A stretch of DNA of 64,000 nucleotides from an uncultured Alphaproteobacteria bacterium. Its GTDB lineage: Bacteria > Pseudomonadota > Alphaproteobacteria > Bin95. The notes below the pieces were generated by a model. The model was not told where the DNA came from. It did not search any database and saw nothing but the letters and a program-made list of their open reading frames with translations. The stretch's first letter is position 1, and each line of letters opens with the position of its first letter. The stretch lies in contig CAWEBB010000012.1 in the NCBI GenBank assembly GCA_963807085.1, forward strand, positions 126,913 through 190,912. The letters run 5' to 3'. This document shows positions 49,836 through 59,718 of this stretch, one piece after another. The translations under genes and the position numbers were made by a program.

Positions 49836-50840
49836 ATGAGGAAAACGCTATCGATCGCCTGCTTCGCCGCATTGATGGCCGGGTCTTCGGCCGCAGCATC
49901 GGCGCAAGACTACAAGGACGTCGAAGTTCCGGCGACTATTAACGTGATCGTCGCCTATAATGCCGGCGGCGGCACGGATATTCTGGTCCGAACCGCACTC
50001 CCGTACTTCAAGTCCGCCATCGAAAAGTTGAGCGGCAGCGATGTTCAGATGGTCGTGAAAAACATGCCGGGCGCCGGCGGCGAGGTCGGCTGGTCGGCCC
50101 TGGCGCGATCGGCGAAGGATGGCAGCACGATCGGCGTGATCAACCTGCCCGCAATCGCCATTGTCGAGGCGGCGCGCGAGCCCTCTTATGCGCCCTGGGT
50201 CGAAACATTCGCGCCCATTGGGGTGAACGTGATCGACCCCAATGTCGTGCGCATCAATGACGCCCGTTTCACCAGCCTGAAAGAGGCGATTGCCGCCGCC
50301 AAGGAAGAGCCAGGTTCGGTCACCGTCGGCGCGGACGGCCCTCTGTCGGACGATCACCTCGCGGTCTATGCCCTCGAGGATTCGACCGGCGCCAAGTTCA
50401 CCTTCATTCCCTATTCGGGCGGCGCTCCCGCCAACCGCGCCTTCCTCTCGAAAGAGGTTGAGATGGCGATGGGCAATGTCACCGACCTGTTGCAGACCGA
50501 GGACGCGACCGTGGACGCGGCCATCCTCGCCGAAGAGCGCTATGAACTGATCCCCGATGTTCCGACTTTCAAGGAATTGACGGGCATGGAAGTTCGAAGC
50601 GGCGGGTCCACCCGCGGCTGGGCAACCGTGGCCGGCGTTCCGGACGATCTTTTGAAACTCTATCGTGAGGCGTTCGCCATGGCCTCCGCCGATCCCAAAT
50701 ATCAGGAAGAAGCCAAGACCCGGAAGTTGACGCTGGTCGAACCGAAAGTAGGCGAAGAATTCGGCGAGATCATGTCCGACACGCAGGGATCCGTGCAGAC
50801 GCTGCTGAAATATTTCAAGCAAGGCGGGTATTTGGACTAA
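49836..50840 (+). CDS. tctC: Tripartite tricarboxylate transporter substrate-binding protein (Bug/TctC family)
   Basis: Signal peptide MRKTLSIACFAALMAGSSAAASA. ..VAYNAGGGTDILVR..PGAGGEVGW... Followed by tctB and tctA. Confidence 0.85.
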   Translation: MRKTLSIACFAALMAGSSAAASAQDYKDVEVPATINVIVAYNAGGGTDILVRTALPYFKSAIEKLSGSDVQMVVKNMPGAGGEVGWSALARSAKDGSTIGVINLPAIAIVEAAREPSYAPWVETFAPIGVNVIDPNVVRINDARFTSLKEAIAAAKEEPGSVTVGADGPLSDDHLAVYALEDSTGAKFTFIPYSGGAPANRAFLSKEVEMAMGNVTDLLQTEDATVDAAILAEERYELIPDVPTFKELTGMEVRSGGSTRGWATVAGVPDDLLKLYREAFAMASADPKYQEEAKTRKLTLVEPKVGEEFGEIMSDTQGSVQTLLKYFKQGGYLD

Positions 50841-50906
50841 GCTCACTTCCTGTAAGTGAAGTGACAATTTGTGACAAGTACAAGGTCATCAGTGCTGGAG
50901 GTAGCC

Positions 50907-51337
50907 ATGTTCCGCCGACTGGGCCGTGACGGTATCGCCGCCATCGTGCTGCTGATCTTGGGTGCGCTCGGCTGGATCGAAGTCAGCGGCTATCCGCCGA
51001 GAGCCGCCATCTGGCCGAAATGGATGCTGGGCGGACTGATGGTGCTCAGTCTGGTTCTGCTGGTGCAGAGCATCATGGTACAGCGAAAGAAAAACAGGTG
51101 AGCGAAGCGGACATCCGGGTGCTGGTGACAGTGGCCGCACTCGTCGCTTATGGCGTGGTGATGCCTTTTCTCGGTTTTTTCGTAACCAGCGCGATCTTTC
51201 TTGCCGCGCACATGTTCTATCTTGGCGTGCGGGGCCCGGTATGGCTGGCCACGCCTATCGTCGGCCTGTTGGGCACCGCTTGGCTGCTGTTCGAGGGCTT
51301 TCTCGGCGTGCCCTTGCCGCACGGTCTGGTCTATTGA
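50907..51337 (+). pseudogene. tctB: Tripartite tricarboxylate transporter small membrane subunit, frameshifted
   Basis: MFRRLGRDGIAAIVLLILGALGWIEVSGYPPRAAIWPKWMLGGLMVLSLVLLVQSIMV.. stops at 51101. The -1 frame continues ..KEKQVSEADIRVLVTVAALVAYGVVMPFLGFFVTSAIFLAAHMFYLGVRG..LLFEGFLGVPLPHGLVY. The switch is near the GAAAGAAAAACAGG tract at about 51070-51095. Confidence 0.7.
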
Positions 51338-51433
51338 TGCCAGTGTTTTTTTTTTCATGCCAGTGCCGCCACCCTCCCGAGCCGATTGGCCGATACTTTC
51401 GCCATCGCTATCACCTGACTTGACAGGTCATTC

Positions 51434-52954
51434 ATGATCGAGAATCTGGTCTCTTCGGCTTTGCTCGCCTACGAGCCGCTCAATCTGCTGCTGATCTTCG
51501 TCGGCGCGTTGCTTGGCACCCTGTTCGGCGCGACGCCGGGAATCTCGGCCACCTTGAGCATCGCGCTGCTGGTGCCGGTCACTTTCGGGATGACCGCGGT
51601 CCATGGCCTTTCTTTTCTGGGCGGGGCCTACTGCGGCGCGATCTATGGCGGCTCGATATCTGCGATCCTGATCAACGTGCCGGGCACGCCCGCCGCCGTC
51701 GCCACCATGGTGGACGGCTACGAATTGACGAAGAAGGGCCAGGCCGGCATCGCCCTCGGCGGGGCCATCACTGCATCGCTCTTCGGCGGGCTGATCGGCA
51801 CCTTTGTGCTGCTGGTGGCGGCGCCGCTGGTGGCGTCGGCGGCGCTCAACATCCGCTCGGCGGAGTTTTTCTGGATCGTCGTGTTCGCGATGAGCACGGT
51901 CGGCGCGATCGGCGGGGGCTCGGTCACCAAGGGCTTGATCTCGGCGTTCATCGGCTTGCTGCTGGGTGTGGTCGGCACGCACCCGTTCACGGGGTCATTG
52001 CGCTTCACCTTTGGCGTTCCCGGCCTTTATGAGGGCTTTCCCGTCATTGTCGGGATCGTTGGCCTGTTCTCGATCAGCCAGGTGCTTTATCTCTGCCACG
52101 GCAAGGGCATGGACAAGCAGATCGATATCCCAACCATCGGCTCGCTCTGGCCGGGCTGGGCGCGCATGATGCGGGTGAAGGCCACCTATATCCGCTCGGC
52201 CATTCTGGGGACCTTCGTCGGCGTGCTGCCAGGCGCGGGCGCCGATATCGCTTCGTTCATCGGTCGCAACGAGGCGCATCGCTTTTCCAAGAACCCGGAC
52301 GAATACGGCAAGGGCTCCTACGAGGCCGTCGTCGGCTCCGAGGCCGCCAACAACGCCGTGGTCGGCGGCAGTCTGGTGCCGATGTTGACCCTCGGCATTC
52401 CCGGCAACGCGGTAAGCGCAGCGCTGATCGGCGGCCTGCTGATCCACGGTCTGCTGCCGGGACCGCGCCTGTTCACGGAGCAGGCGGGCATCATCTATCC
52501 GTTCATTCTCAGCCTGTTCGCGGCCAACCTGTTTTTCGCGCTCGCCGCGTTCGGGGGGCTGAAATATCTTGCCAAGGTCGTCCTCATACCCCAGGGCGTG
52601 CTTGCCTCGGTGGTGGCAATCCTGTCGGTTCTAGGGGCGTTCTCGTACCGAAATATGGTGGCGGATCTCTGGATCATGCTGTTTCTGGGGCTGGTGGGCT
52701 ATATTTTGCGGCGCACCGGATTTCCGCTGGCGCCCATCATCTTGGGCATCATTCTGGGGCCGCTCGCCGAGAGCAATCTGGAAAGGGTGATGACCATCGC
52801 GAGCGCCCGACGCATGTCTGTGATGGAGTATTTTTCCAGTAACACGCTGACGGTGGTTTTGATGGTCATGTCGATCGCCGCGCTCATTTACTCCATTGTG
52901 CGCGAGGTTCGGCACCAGCGCTCCGGGCGGGCATTGATGCCATTGGACGAATGA
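51434..52954 (+). CDS. tctA: Tripartite tricarboxylate transporter large permease subunit
   Basis: 506-aa polytopic membrane protein. ..GALLGTLFGATPGISATLSIALLVP..GGAYCGAIYGGSISAILINVPGTP... Confidence 0.9.
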   Translation: MIENLVSSALLAYEPLNLLLIFVGALLGTLFGATPGISATLSIALLVPVTFGMTAVHGLSFLGGAYCGAIYGGSISAILINVPGTPAAVATMVDGYELTKKGQAGIALGGAITASLFGGLIGTFVLLVAAPLVASAALNIRSAEFFWIVVFAMSTVGAIGGGSVTKGLISAFIGLLLGVVGTHPFTGSLRFTFGVPGLYEGFPVIVGIVGLFSISQVLYLCHGKGMDKQIDIPTIGSLWPGWARMMRVKATYIRSAILGTFVGVLPGAGADIASFIGRNEAHRFSKNPDEYGKGSYEAVVGSEAANNAVVGGSLVPMLTLGIPGNAVSAALIGGLLIHGLLPGPRLFTEQAGIIYPFILSLFAANLFFALAAFGGLKYLAKVVLIPQGVLASVVAILSVLGAFSYRNMVADLWIMLFLGLVGYILRRTGFPLAPIILGIILGPLAESNLERVMTIASARRMSVMEYFSSNTLTVVLMVMSIAALIYSIVREVRHQRSGRALMPLDE

Positions 52955-53038
52955 CGGCCCGTGGTTCTGCGACCGCACGAACGCGCGCCGCTCCAAGCCT
53001 TGCGGAGGGAGCGTGCCGCGTGATCGGCGGTCCGGCTT

Positions 53039-54125
53039 CTACTGGAAATGCGGCGCGACCTTGTCCATGGTGAGCTTCATGCTTTCCGCCGCCAGCTCCG
53101 CCGGCATGCCGCCGGGCGTGAACCAGCAGACCACCTCGGTCAGGCCAAAGCGCTCCTGCATTTCCTTTAGCTGGTCCACGGCTTCGGCCGGATCGCTGGC
53201 GATGCAGGCGCCGTGTTCATGCAGCTTGTCGAAGTTCAGATAGCCCATTTCGCGGGTCTTGATGCCTTCGCTCATGGTTTTTTCATAGCCGGGCACGATG
53301 GTTTGCGCAGTGCTCTGCGCCAATTGGTTCGACGACACTTTGTCGTAGAACCACTGTACATGCTTGCCGAACAGTTCCCTGGCCTTTCCCTTGTCCTTGT
53401 GCACGAAGAACGGCACCAGGATCATACGCTCCGCCGCCTTTGGGTCGCGGCCCAGTTTTGTGCACTCAGCTTCGTAGTCCCGGCAGTTTTCCTCCAGCTT
53501 ATCCTTCCACGCCTCGCGGTAGGTGCGGTAGGTGAAGGGCGTGGCAAATTGCAGATGCCAGCCGTGCCTTGCTGCCTGGGTGAAGCTTTCGGGCGAAATC
53601 GTGGCCTGCCAGATCGGCGGATAGGGCTTCTGCACCGGCTTCGGCAGCAGTTCGACCGGCTCCGGGATCTTCCAGAATTGGCCATCATACCGGATTGTCT
53701 CCTGCGTCCAGGCTTTCTGCAGGATGTCCATGCCCTCTTCGAACATGGCGCGGGACTTGTCCATGGCCAGGCCCAGGCCGGTGAACTCGTGTGGCTGGTA
53801 GGCGCGGCCGACGCCCATCTCCAAGCGGCCATGGCTGAGAATATCCACTAGCGCGAAATCGGAAGCGGTGCGCAGCGGGTGGTTGAACGGCACCACCACC
53901 ACCGCCATGCCTAGCCGTATCCGCTTGGTGCGCTGGGCGAGCGCGGCGGCATAGACCTGGGTCGAAGTCACCGTGCCATAGGTGGAGAACAGGTGCTCGG
54001 CGATCCAGCCCGAAGTCGTAGCCGATCCGCTCGGCCAGTTCGAACAGCGCGATGTCGGCGTCAAAGGATTTTTGCAGGTTGGAATGGTCGGGGAATTGGG
54101 CCAAGCTGAACATGCCGAAACGCAT
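53039..54125 (-). pseudogene. LLM-class flavin-dependent oxidoreductase, one frameshift near 54000-54010
   Basis: The N-terminus MRFGMFSLAQFPDHSNLQKSFDADIALFELAERIGYDFG (ORF 53685..54125 frame) switches to WIAEHLFSTYGTVTSTQVYAAALAQRTKRIRLGMAVVVVPFNHPLRTASDF..GRLEMGVGRAY.. (ORF 53039..54271 frame). From there it is intact to the stop. Confidence 0.75.
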
Positions 54126-54213
54126 GGGGCGATCCTCTTGTTTCGATTGTTTCGGCCCCGAGTGTTGCGCGGCAGGGGCCGCCTGTCCACGCCGGAATGC
54201 GGACGGCGCGGGT

Positions 54214-54392
54214 TTATTCCTGTTGCGGGCCGGTGCCGGGCACGATCAGGGCGGCGCGGAGGACGCTGCACTCACGCAACAGAGCGTTTGGATATTTCTT
54301 GCCGTTGACCTCGACCGCCATGAAGTCGTCGCGGTCGGTTGGGGTATGTTTAGCCCGGATTTCCCATTTGGCTCCCTCAATTGATGTGACTG
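54214..54392 (-). pseudogene. C-terminal fragment of an unidentified gene, cut off by the IS1380-like remnant
   Basis: My own translation of the minus strand gives ..AVTSIEGAKWEIRAKHTPTDRDDFMAVEVNGKKYPNALLRECSVLRAALIVPGTGPQQE, with stop TAA at 54214-54216. It has coding-like codon usage but no upstream start; a TAG lies just 5' of it. Not in the ORF track because it is too short. Confidence 0.3.
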
Positions 54393-54447
54393 CTCGTTGA
54401 TTCTGCTATAAGAATCAATGCATTGAACTCATCTTGAGGCGAAGAAT

Positions 54448-54762
54448 ATGGCGAACCTGGCGGGTGAATCAGTTGATGGTCCGCTGAGGCTCGATTTTGA
54501 CCGCCGCCTGAAGCTTAAATTCCACGGTTCCAGGATCACCACCGACGCCGGATTGCTTGCCTACCGTGAGCTCGATGACGCGCTCGAAGTGCGCCTTGAC
54601 GACGAGAATCGGCGCCATCATCGGCCTCGGAAGGCTTGGCTCAGGCGGATCGGCAGCAAATCCAAGCGAATACCCTTCCGCGCTACGCTCAACATTGCAC
54701 GGGACGGCCCCGAAAGCTATCGTGTCGCCAGAAACTGGGTTCATATGGGGAATGTCGGATGA
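54448..54762 (+). mobile_element. IS1380-family transposase remnant (internally deleted)
   Basis: The N-terminus ..[34 protein letters not shown].. is the conserved start of IS1380-type transposases. The remaining 60 aa are unrelated or degenerate. The family call is by recollection only. Confidence 0.45.
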
Positions 54763-55018
54763 AAGAGATGTGTCTTGGCGATGACAATTCCGGAGCTTCC
54801 GGCCCACGCCGCGCCGATCCTGCCGGCCTCCGGGTCATTCTGGCCGCTCGCCGCGAGCCTTGGGCTTGCGAATGCCCGTCCCCAGCTTCAAAATCGGCCC
54901 GAGAAGCCGGTCATCCGGCGGATGTGGGGTTAGGTTCAGCCAGCCGGTCGTCGGGTGGTTTTCGGTTGATCGATCTGGCTGAAGTGGACTTTGCGGTAAC
55001 GGACGGGATGGGTACGGC

Positions 55019-55678
55019 ATGAGCCAAAGGACTTATCGTCGCCGGGACATGCTGCAGCTTCCGGCTTTGGGCGCCACCGGGGTGGCGGGCGCCTTCTTGA
55101 TTGCTTCGCCCGTTCGGGCAGCCGGCAGCAATCGCGCGGCGTGCGGCGAGTTGATGGACTACGACCCGGCCCTGCTTCCGAAGAACATCGACCAAGTAGA
55201 CGCCTTCTTCGAGCCGGGTCGGTACGTCTACGAATGGCGAGGCTCACCATCCGAGCGCTATCCTAACGGCAACATGGAAACGGGTCACACGACGGTCCGC
55301 ACCGGCGACGCCGGCGAGGGGATCGCGTACGAAATAGTTGCCGAGATCAAACATCTGGATCGCGACGAACGCGAGGTCTTGAGCAAGAGATGGTCGATCA
55401 CGAACGTGATCCCGGCACTCGACGAAAGCATCGTGTTCCTCACGCACAGCTCGTTCGGCAGCCATCATCGTGGCGTTGTCACCGAGTTAAACGAGGAACG
55501 CCTCGTCGTTTCGTCGTATGGCCTGTCGGACCACCGCCGTACGAGCCTTTTCAGCCGATGGCTCTTCGATAGACGAGGACGGGACTATCGCGTCGATGTT
55601 TTTGTGCGCGGGCAACCCGAAGACGACTGGTCGCTTATCGGCGAGAGCAGCTGGCGACGGACAACGGCACTACGGTGA
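55019..55678 (+). CDS. Hypothetical exported protein with twin-arginine signal
   Basis: MSQRTYRRRDMLQLPALGATGVAGAFLIASPVRAAG (RR motif, hydrophobic core, AxA site), 219 aa. No recognisable domain. GC is lower than in the core genes. Confidence 0.6.
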   Translation: MSQRTYRRRDMLQLPALGATGVAGAFLIASPVRAAGSNRAACGELMDYDPALLPKNIDQVDAFFEPGRYVYEWRGSPSERYPNGNMETGHTTVRTGDAGEGIAYEIVAEIKHLDRDEREVLSKRWSITNVIPALDESIVFLTHSSFGSHHRGVVTELNEERLVVSSYGLSDHRRTSLFSRWLFDRRGRDYRVDVFVRGQPEDDWSLIGESSWRRTTALR

Positions 55679-56201
55679 CAGCTTACTAAATCCCTTGTTC
55701 CAGAACTTGGCCATCTTGGACACCTTTGGTTGGCAGTGGCCATCTTGAGGCACGGTGCGGCGCTGCACACACACGGCGGACGACAACGACCTAGCCGGGC
55801 AACCGCGTGCAGTTCATCAACGTGCCACCCCAGTTGAGATTGGCCTTGCCGTCTCGTTCGATGAAATCCAAGCCGAAGCGGAGCGCCGTTCCCCGTTCTT
55901 GCGCATTTCGTTATTGGATCTTCTGTCCTCCTGGGACCGTCTGTCCTTCCCGATTAACACCTCAAACAGGCTCATGAGCCATGAGCCTATATCGCTACCA
56001 TCTTCCCGCGTGCGCTCTGTGATGAGCTCAAGGAAGATATCGCGTGGTTCGAAGATACCGGATAAGATATTTCCCGCGTTACTGAAAGAACGGAAAAAGA
56101 ACATACGCTTGGCCGGTCCGGACCAATCCGCTCGCCATTGCCCTCTCCAGCCGCAACGGGCAAACTCCGCGCCAGCACCAGTCACACCCCGGAGATGCCC
56201 C

Positions 56202-57092
56202 ATGAGCCAGGAACAACTCGACAAGCTCGTCACGCTGCTGCGCGAGCGCCCGCAGCCCGACCCGAAGACGGTGGAGGCCATGCGCGACCGCATCAACGAG
56301 CTCGGCGACAAGATGCCCGCGCCCGCCGACGCCGTGATCGAGAAATTGACCGTCGCCGGCCGCCCGGCGGAGTGGGTCTCGGCTCCGGGCGCCGACCCGA
56401 ACCGCCAGGTGCTCTATCTGCATGGCGGCGGCTATGTGATCGGCTCGCTCCATTCGCACCGCAACCTCGCCTACAACATCGCCAAGGCGGTGGACGGGCG
56501 CTGCCTGGTGATTGACTACCGCATGGGGCCGGAAGACCCGTTCCCGGCGGCGGTGGATGACGCGGTCGCCGCCTGGCAGTGGATGCTCGACCAGGGCGGC
56601 AAGCCGGCCCGCATGGCGATCATGGGCGACTCTGCGGGCGGCGGCCTGACTATCGCGGTGCAGGTGGCTCTGCGGGACAAGGGCTTGGCCCTGCCGGCCT
56701 GCTCCGTGCCGATCTCGCCCTGGACCGACCTGGAAGGCACCGGCGGGACGATCAAGTCCAAGGCGGAGGAAGACCCGATGGTGGAGGAGGAGGGCCTGCA
56801 CTGGTTCTCCGAGCTTTATCGGGGCGGCGCGGACGTGCGCGACCCGCTGGTCTCGCCGCTCTATGCCGACCTGTCGGGCCTGCCGCCCATGCTGATCCAG
56901 GTGGGCTCGGCGGAGATCCTGCTGGACGATGCGAACCGCATCGCCGCCAAGGCGCGCGCGGCCGGCGTGGACGTGACCCTGGAGGTCTGGGACCGGATGC
57001 CTCATGTCTGGCACCTGTTCACGCCCATGCTGTCGGAAGGAGGCGACGCTATCGCCAAACTGGGCGCCTGGACCCGCGAGCGGACGGCCTGA
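56202..57092 (+). CDS. Alpha/beta hydrolase, hormone-sensitive-lipase-like esterase
   Basis: GGAG 8 nt upstream of ATG 56202. Oxyanion motif LHGGGYVIGS and nucleophile elbow GDSAGGGL. The longer track ORF from 55755 is rejected as a 5' over-extension. Confidence 0.85.
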   Translation: MSQEQLDKLVTLLRERPQPDPKTVEAMRDRINELGDKMPAPADAVIEKLTVAGRPAEWVSAPGADPNRQVLYLHGGGYVIGSLHSHRNLAYNIAKAVDGRCLVIDYRMGPEDPFPAAVDDAVAAWQWMLDQGGKPARMAIMGDSAGGGLTIAVQVALRDKGLALPACSVPISPWTDLEGTGGTIKSKAEEDPMVEEEGLHWFSELYRGGADVRDPLVSPLYADLSGLPPMLIQVGSAEILLDDANRIAAKARAAGVDVTLEVWDRMPHVWHLFTPMLSEGGDAIAKLGAWTRERTA

Positions 57093-57096
57093 GCGC

Positions 57097-58134
57097 ATGA
57101 GCGAGCCAGCAGGAGAGCCCAGGGGAGAGACCGTCACTCTGTCGCTCGACGAAGTGCGATCGCTGACCACCGCGGCGCTCACGGCGAGCGGCGCGGATCA
57201 GGCCAATGCCGACGCGGTCGCCGATGTGGTGACGCGGGCGGAGCGCGACGGCTGCGCCAGCCACGGCGTCTTTCGCGTGCCGGGCTATTGCGCCGCCCTG
57301 AAAGCGGGCGCCTGCAAGGGCGACGCCAAGCCCGCGGTGGAGCGGCTGGCGCCCGGCGTCGTCTTTGTGGATGGCGACGGGGGGCTCGCGCCGTTGCCCA
57401 TGGCGACCGGCCGGCCGGAGCTGGTGAAAGCGGCGCTGGAGCAGGGCATTGCCGGCATGGCGATCCGCAATTCCGCCCACTTCGCCGCGCTGTGGCCGGA
57501 TGTGGAGGCGCTGGCGGACGAAGGCTTGCTCGCCATGAGCTTCGTCAACTCCCGCGCCTTTGTGGCGCCGGCAGGGGGCACGAAGCGGCTCTATGGCACC
57601 AACCCGATGAGCTTCGCCTGTCCCCGCGCCGGCGGCAAGCCGGCCATGGTCTGGGACCAGGCGAGCAGCGCCGCCGCCCGTGGCGAGATCATGCTGGCGG
57701 CGCGCGACGGCCACTCGCTGCCGGAGGGCGTGGGCCTCGGCCCGGACGGTGAACCGACCACCGACCCGGCCGAGGTGCTGCAAGGCGTGCAACTGGCGTT
57801 CGGCGGCTACAAGGGCGCTGCCATTGCCATGATGGTGGAGATCCTGGCGGCGGGTCTTTCCGGCGGGCAATTTTCCTTCGAGGCGGAGAAGGATTATGCC
57901 GGCCATGGCGGGCCGAGCCATGCGGGCCACCTGGTCATCGCGCTGAACCCGGCGGCCTTTGGCGCGGATACCTTTCTGGAGCGGGTGGAGACCCTGTTCG
58001 GCATGATCCTCGAGGATGGGGCCGCCCGGCTGCCCGGCGACCGCCGGCTTGCCAACCGCGCCCGCACCCCTCTTGAAGGGGTGGCGCTGCCGAAGCCGCT
58101 GGTGGCGGAGGTACGGGGGCTGGCGCGGGCTTGA
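57097..58134 (+). CDS. Ldh2-family (malate/L-lactate/ureidoglycolate dehydrogenase type 2) oxidoreductase
   Basis: ATG at 57097, 5 nt after the esterase stop. ..ERDGCASHGVFRVPGY..NSAHFAALW..GTNPMSFA..GGYKGAAIAMMVEIL... Confidence 0.8.
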   Translation: MSEPAGEPRGETVTLSLDEVRSLTTAALTASGADQANADAVADVVTRAERDGCASHGVFRVPGYCAALKAGACKGDAKPAVERLAPGVVFVDGDGGLAPLPMATGRPELVKAALEQGIAGMAIRNSAHFAALWPDVEALADEGLLAMSFVNSRAFVAPAGGTKRLYGTNPMSFACPRAGGKPAMVWDQASSAAARGEIMLAARDGHSLPEGVGLGPDGEPTTDPAEVLQGVQLAFGGYKGAAIAMMVEILAAGLSGGQFSFEAEKDYAGHGGPSHAGHLVIALNPAAFGADTFLERVETLFGMILEDGAARLPGDRRLANRARTPLEGVALPKPLVAEVRGLARA

Positions 58135-58220
58135 ACGGGAGCGTCGCTCTAGCCGGCGCGGGCTTGCCGCCTATATAGTCCGGTACATAATACCAACGGC
58201 ACGTGACGGAGACGCAGCAG

Positions 58221-58766
58221 ATGGCAGAACCAAACCCTGACCTCTCCATTTTGAGCGGCGGCCAATCGCCGTCGGAAGCAGGCGCGGCGAACGATGCGGG
58301 CATCCGCGACTTTGGCATCCGCATTGCCCGCGACGGTACCTGGTTTCACAATGGATTGCCGTTTACTCGCCTGCCGCTGGTCAAACTGTTTTCCACCGTG
58401 CTGCGTCGCGCGCCGAACGGCGACTACCTGTTGCAGACGCCGGTCGAGAAGGGCCGCATCGAGGTGGAAGACGCGCCGTTCGTGGCCGTCGAGATGATCG
58501 TCGAAGGCGAAGGTCGCGAGCGCCGGCTGCACTTCCGCACCAATATCGACGAGTGGGTCGAGGCGGGCCCCGATCACCCCATCTGGCTCAACGTGAACGA
58601 GGCGAGCGGCGAGCCTTCGCCCTATGTCATCGTCAAGTCGGGGATCGAGGCGCGGATCGCCCGCCCCGTGTTCTATGACCTGGTCGAACTGGCCGAGGAC
58701 CATGACACGCACTTCGGCGTCTGGGCCGGTAACGTGTTCCATCCCCTGAGTGAGGCGCAAGAGTGA
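58221..58766 (+). CDS. DUF1285 domain protein
   Basis: ..FGIRIARDGTWFHNGLPFTRLPLVKLFSTVLRRAPNGDYLLQTPVEKGRIEVEDAPFVAVEM... Confidence 0.8.
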   Translation: MAEPNPDLSILSGGQSPSEAGAANDAGIRDFGIRIARDGTWFHNGLPFTRLPLVKLFSTVLRRAPNGDYLLQTPVEKGRIEVEDAPFVAVEMIVEGEGRERRLHFRTNIDEWVEAGPDHPIWLNVNEASGEPSPYVIVKSGIEARIARPVFYDLVELAEDHDTHFGVWAGNVFHPLSEAQE

Positions 58767-59419
58767 AGCGCGACTGTATCCTCGAGTGCCTGCGGGCGAG
58801 CGGGTTGCCAGTGGGCTCCGAGGCCCAGCGAGCCGCGTTGCGGGCGCCGGGCGAGCGCAGCGATTTCGACCTTCATCCCCATGGGCGGCCGGGCTATGCC
58901 GCCCCAGAGCGCAAGCTGAAGCCCGCCGGTGTCCTGGTGCCGATCATCAATCGGCCGGGCGGGCAAACGGTCCTGTTGACCCAGCGCACCGCCCACCTGA
59001 AAAAACATGCCGGCCAGATCAGTTTTCCGGGCGGCGGCTGGGAGCGGCAGGATCCGCATATCGAGGCGACCGCGCTCCGCGAGACCGAGGAGGAGATCGG
59101 GCTGCATCAGCGGCAAATCGATGTTCTGGGCCAGCTTAGCCTTTATGAAACCTCCACCGCCTATGGTGTCACCCCGGTGGTCGGTTGGATTGAGCCGCCG
59201 TTCGACGTGACCATCGATGAATTCGAGGTGGCGGAGGTGTTCGAGGTGCCGCTCGATTGGATCATGGATCGCAAACACCACCGCCAGGAAACCCGCGTGC
59301 GCGACGGCCGGCGCCGACACTATTACGTGATGCCCTATGAGCGCTGGTTTATCTGGGGCGCAACGGCGGGCATGCTGGTGAATCTTGTCGATGTGCTGGA
59401 AACAAACGGTAGGCCCTGA
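58763..59419 (+). CDS. CoA pyrophosphatase (NUDIX hydrolase)
   Basis: Nudix box GGGWERQDPHIEATALRETEEEIGL. The preceding ..LTQRTAHLKKHAGQISFPGG is typical of NudL/PCD1-type enzymes. GTG start overlaps the upstream stop. Confidence 0.8.
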   Translation: MKRDCILECLRASGLPVGSEAQRAALRAPGERSDFDLHPHGRPGYAAPERKLKPAGVLVPIINRPGGQTVLLTQRTAHLKKHAGQISFPGGGWERQDPHIEATALRETEEEIGLHQRQIDVLGQLSLYETSTAYGVTPVVGWIEPPFDVTIDEFEVAEVFEVPLDWIMDRKHHRQETRVRDGRRRHYYVMPYERWFIWGATAGMLVNLVDVLETNGRP

Positions 59420-59421
59420 TT

Positions 59422-59718
59422 TTGCGAATTGCGCTCACCATCCTCTTGCCGCTGCTGTTGCCGCTGTTCCTGTTGATCGGCTGGCGGGCGTTGGGGCTGG
59501 GCAAGTCGATGCCGCAATGGTTTGAAAACTTGCCATGGGTGACATTGTTGGCCACCGGCACAGTGTTGGCGGCGGCGACGCTGACCACCTGGACCCTGAT
59601 GGACCGGGCACCGGCCGGTGCCGAATATGTTCCGCCACGGGTGGAGGACGGGAACGTCGTGCCCGGCGGCTTCAAGGAGGGCTCCAGGGGCGGCCTTAAG
59701 AGCGGCGCTGAGGAATGA
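59422..59718 (+). CDS. Small membrane protein of unknown function
   Basis: 98 aa with two hydrophobic segments (IALTILLPLLLPLFLLIGW; VTLLATGTVLAAATLTTW). It is translationally coupled between the NUDIX gene and cca (4-nt overlap with cca). Confidence 0.5.
   Translation: MRIALTILLPLLLPLFLLIGWRALGLGKSMPQWFENLPWVTLLATGTVLAAATLTTWTLMDRAPAGAEYVPPRVEDGNVVPGGFKEGSRGGLKSGAEE

Noticed and set aside
55755-56201. 5' extension of the esterase ORF (445-aa version in the track)
   Set aside because: The extension is AT-richer and motif-free. The esterase fold begins after the ATG at 56202, which has a GGAG Shine-Dalgarno sequence.
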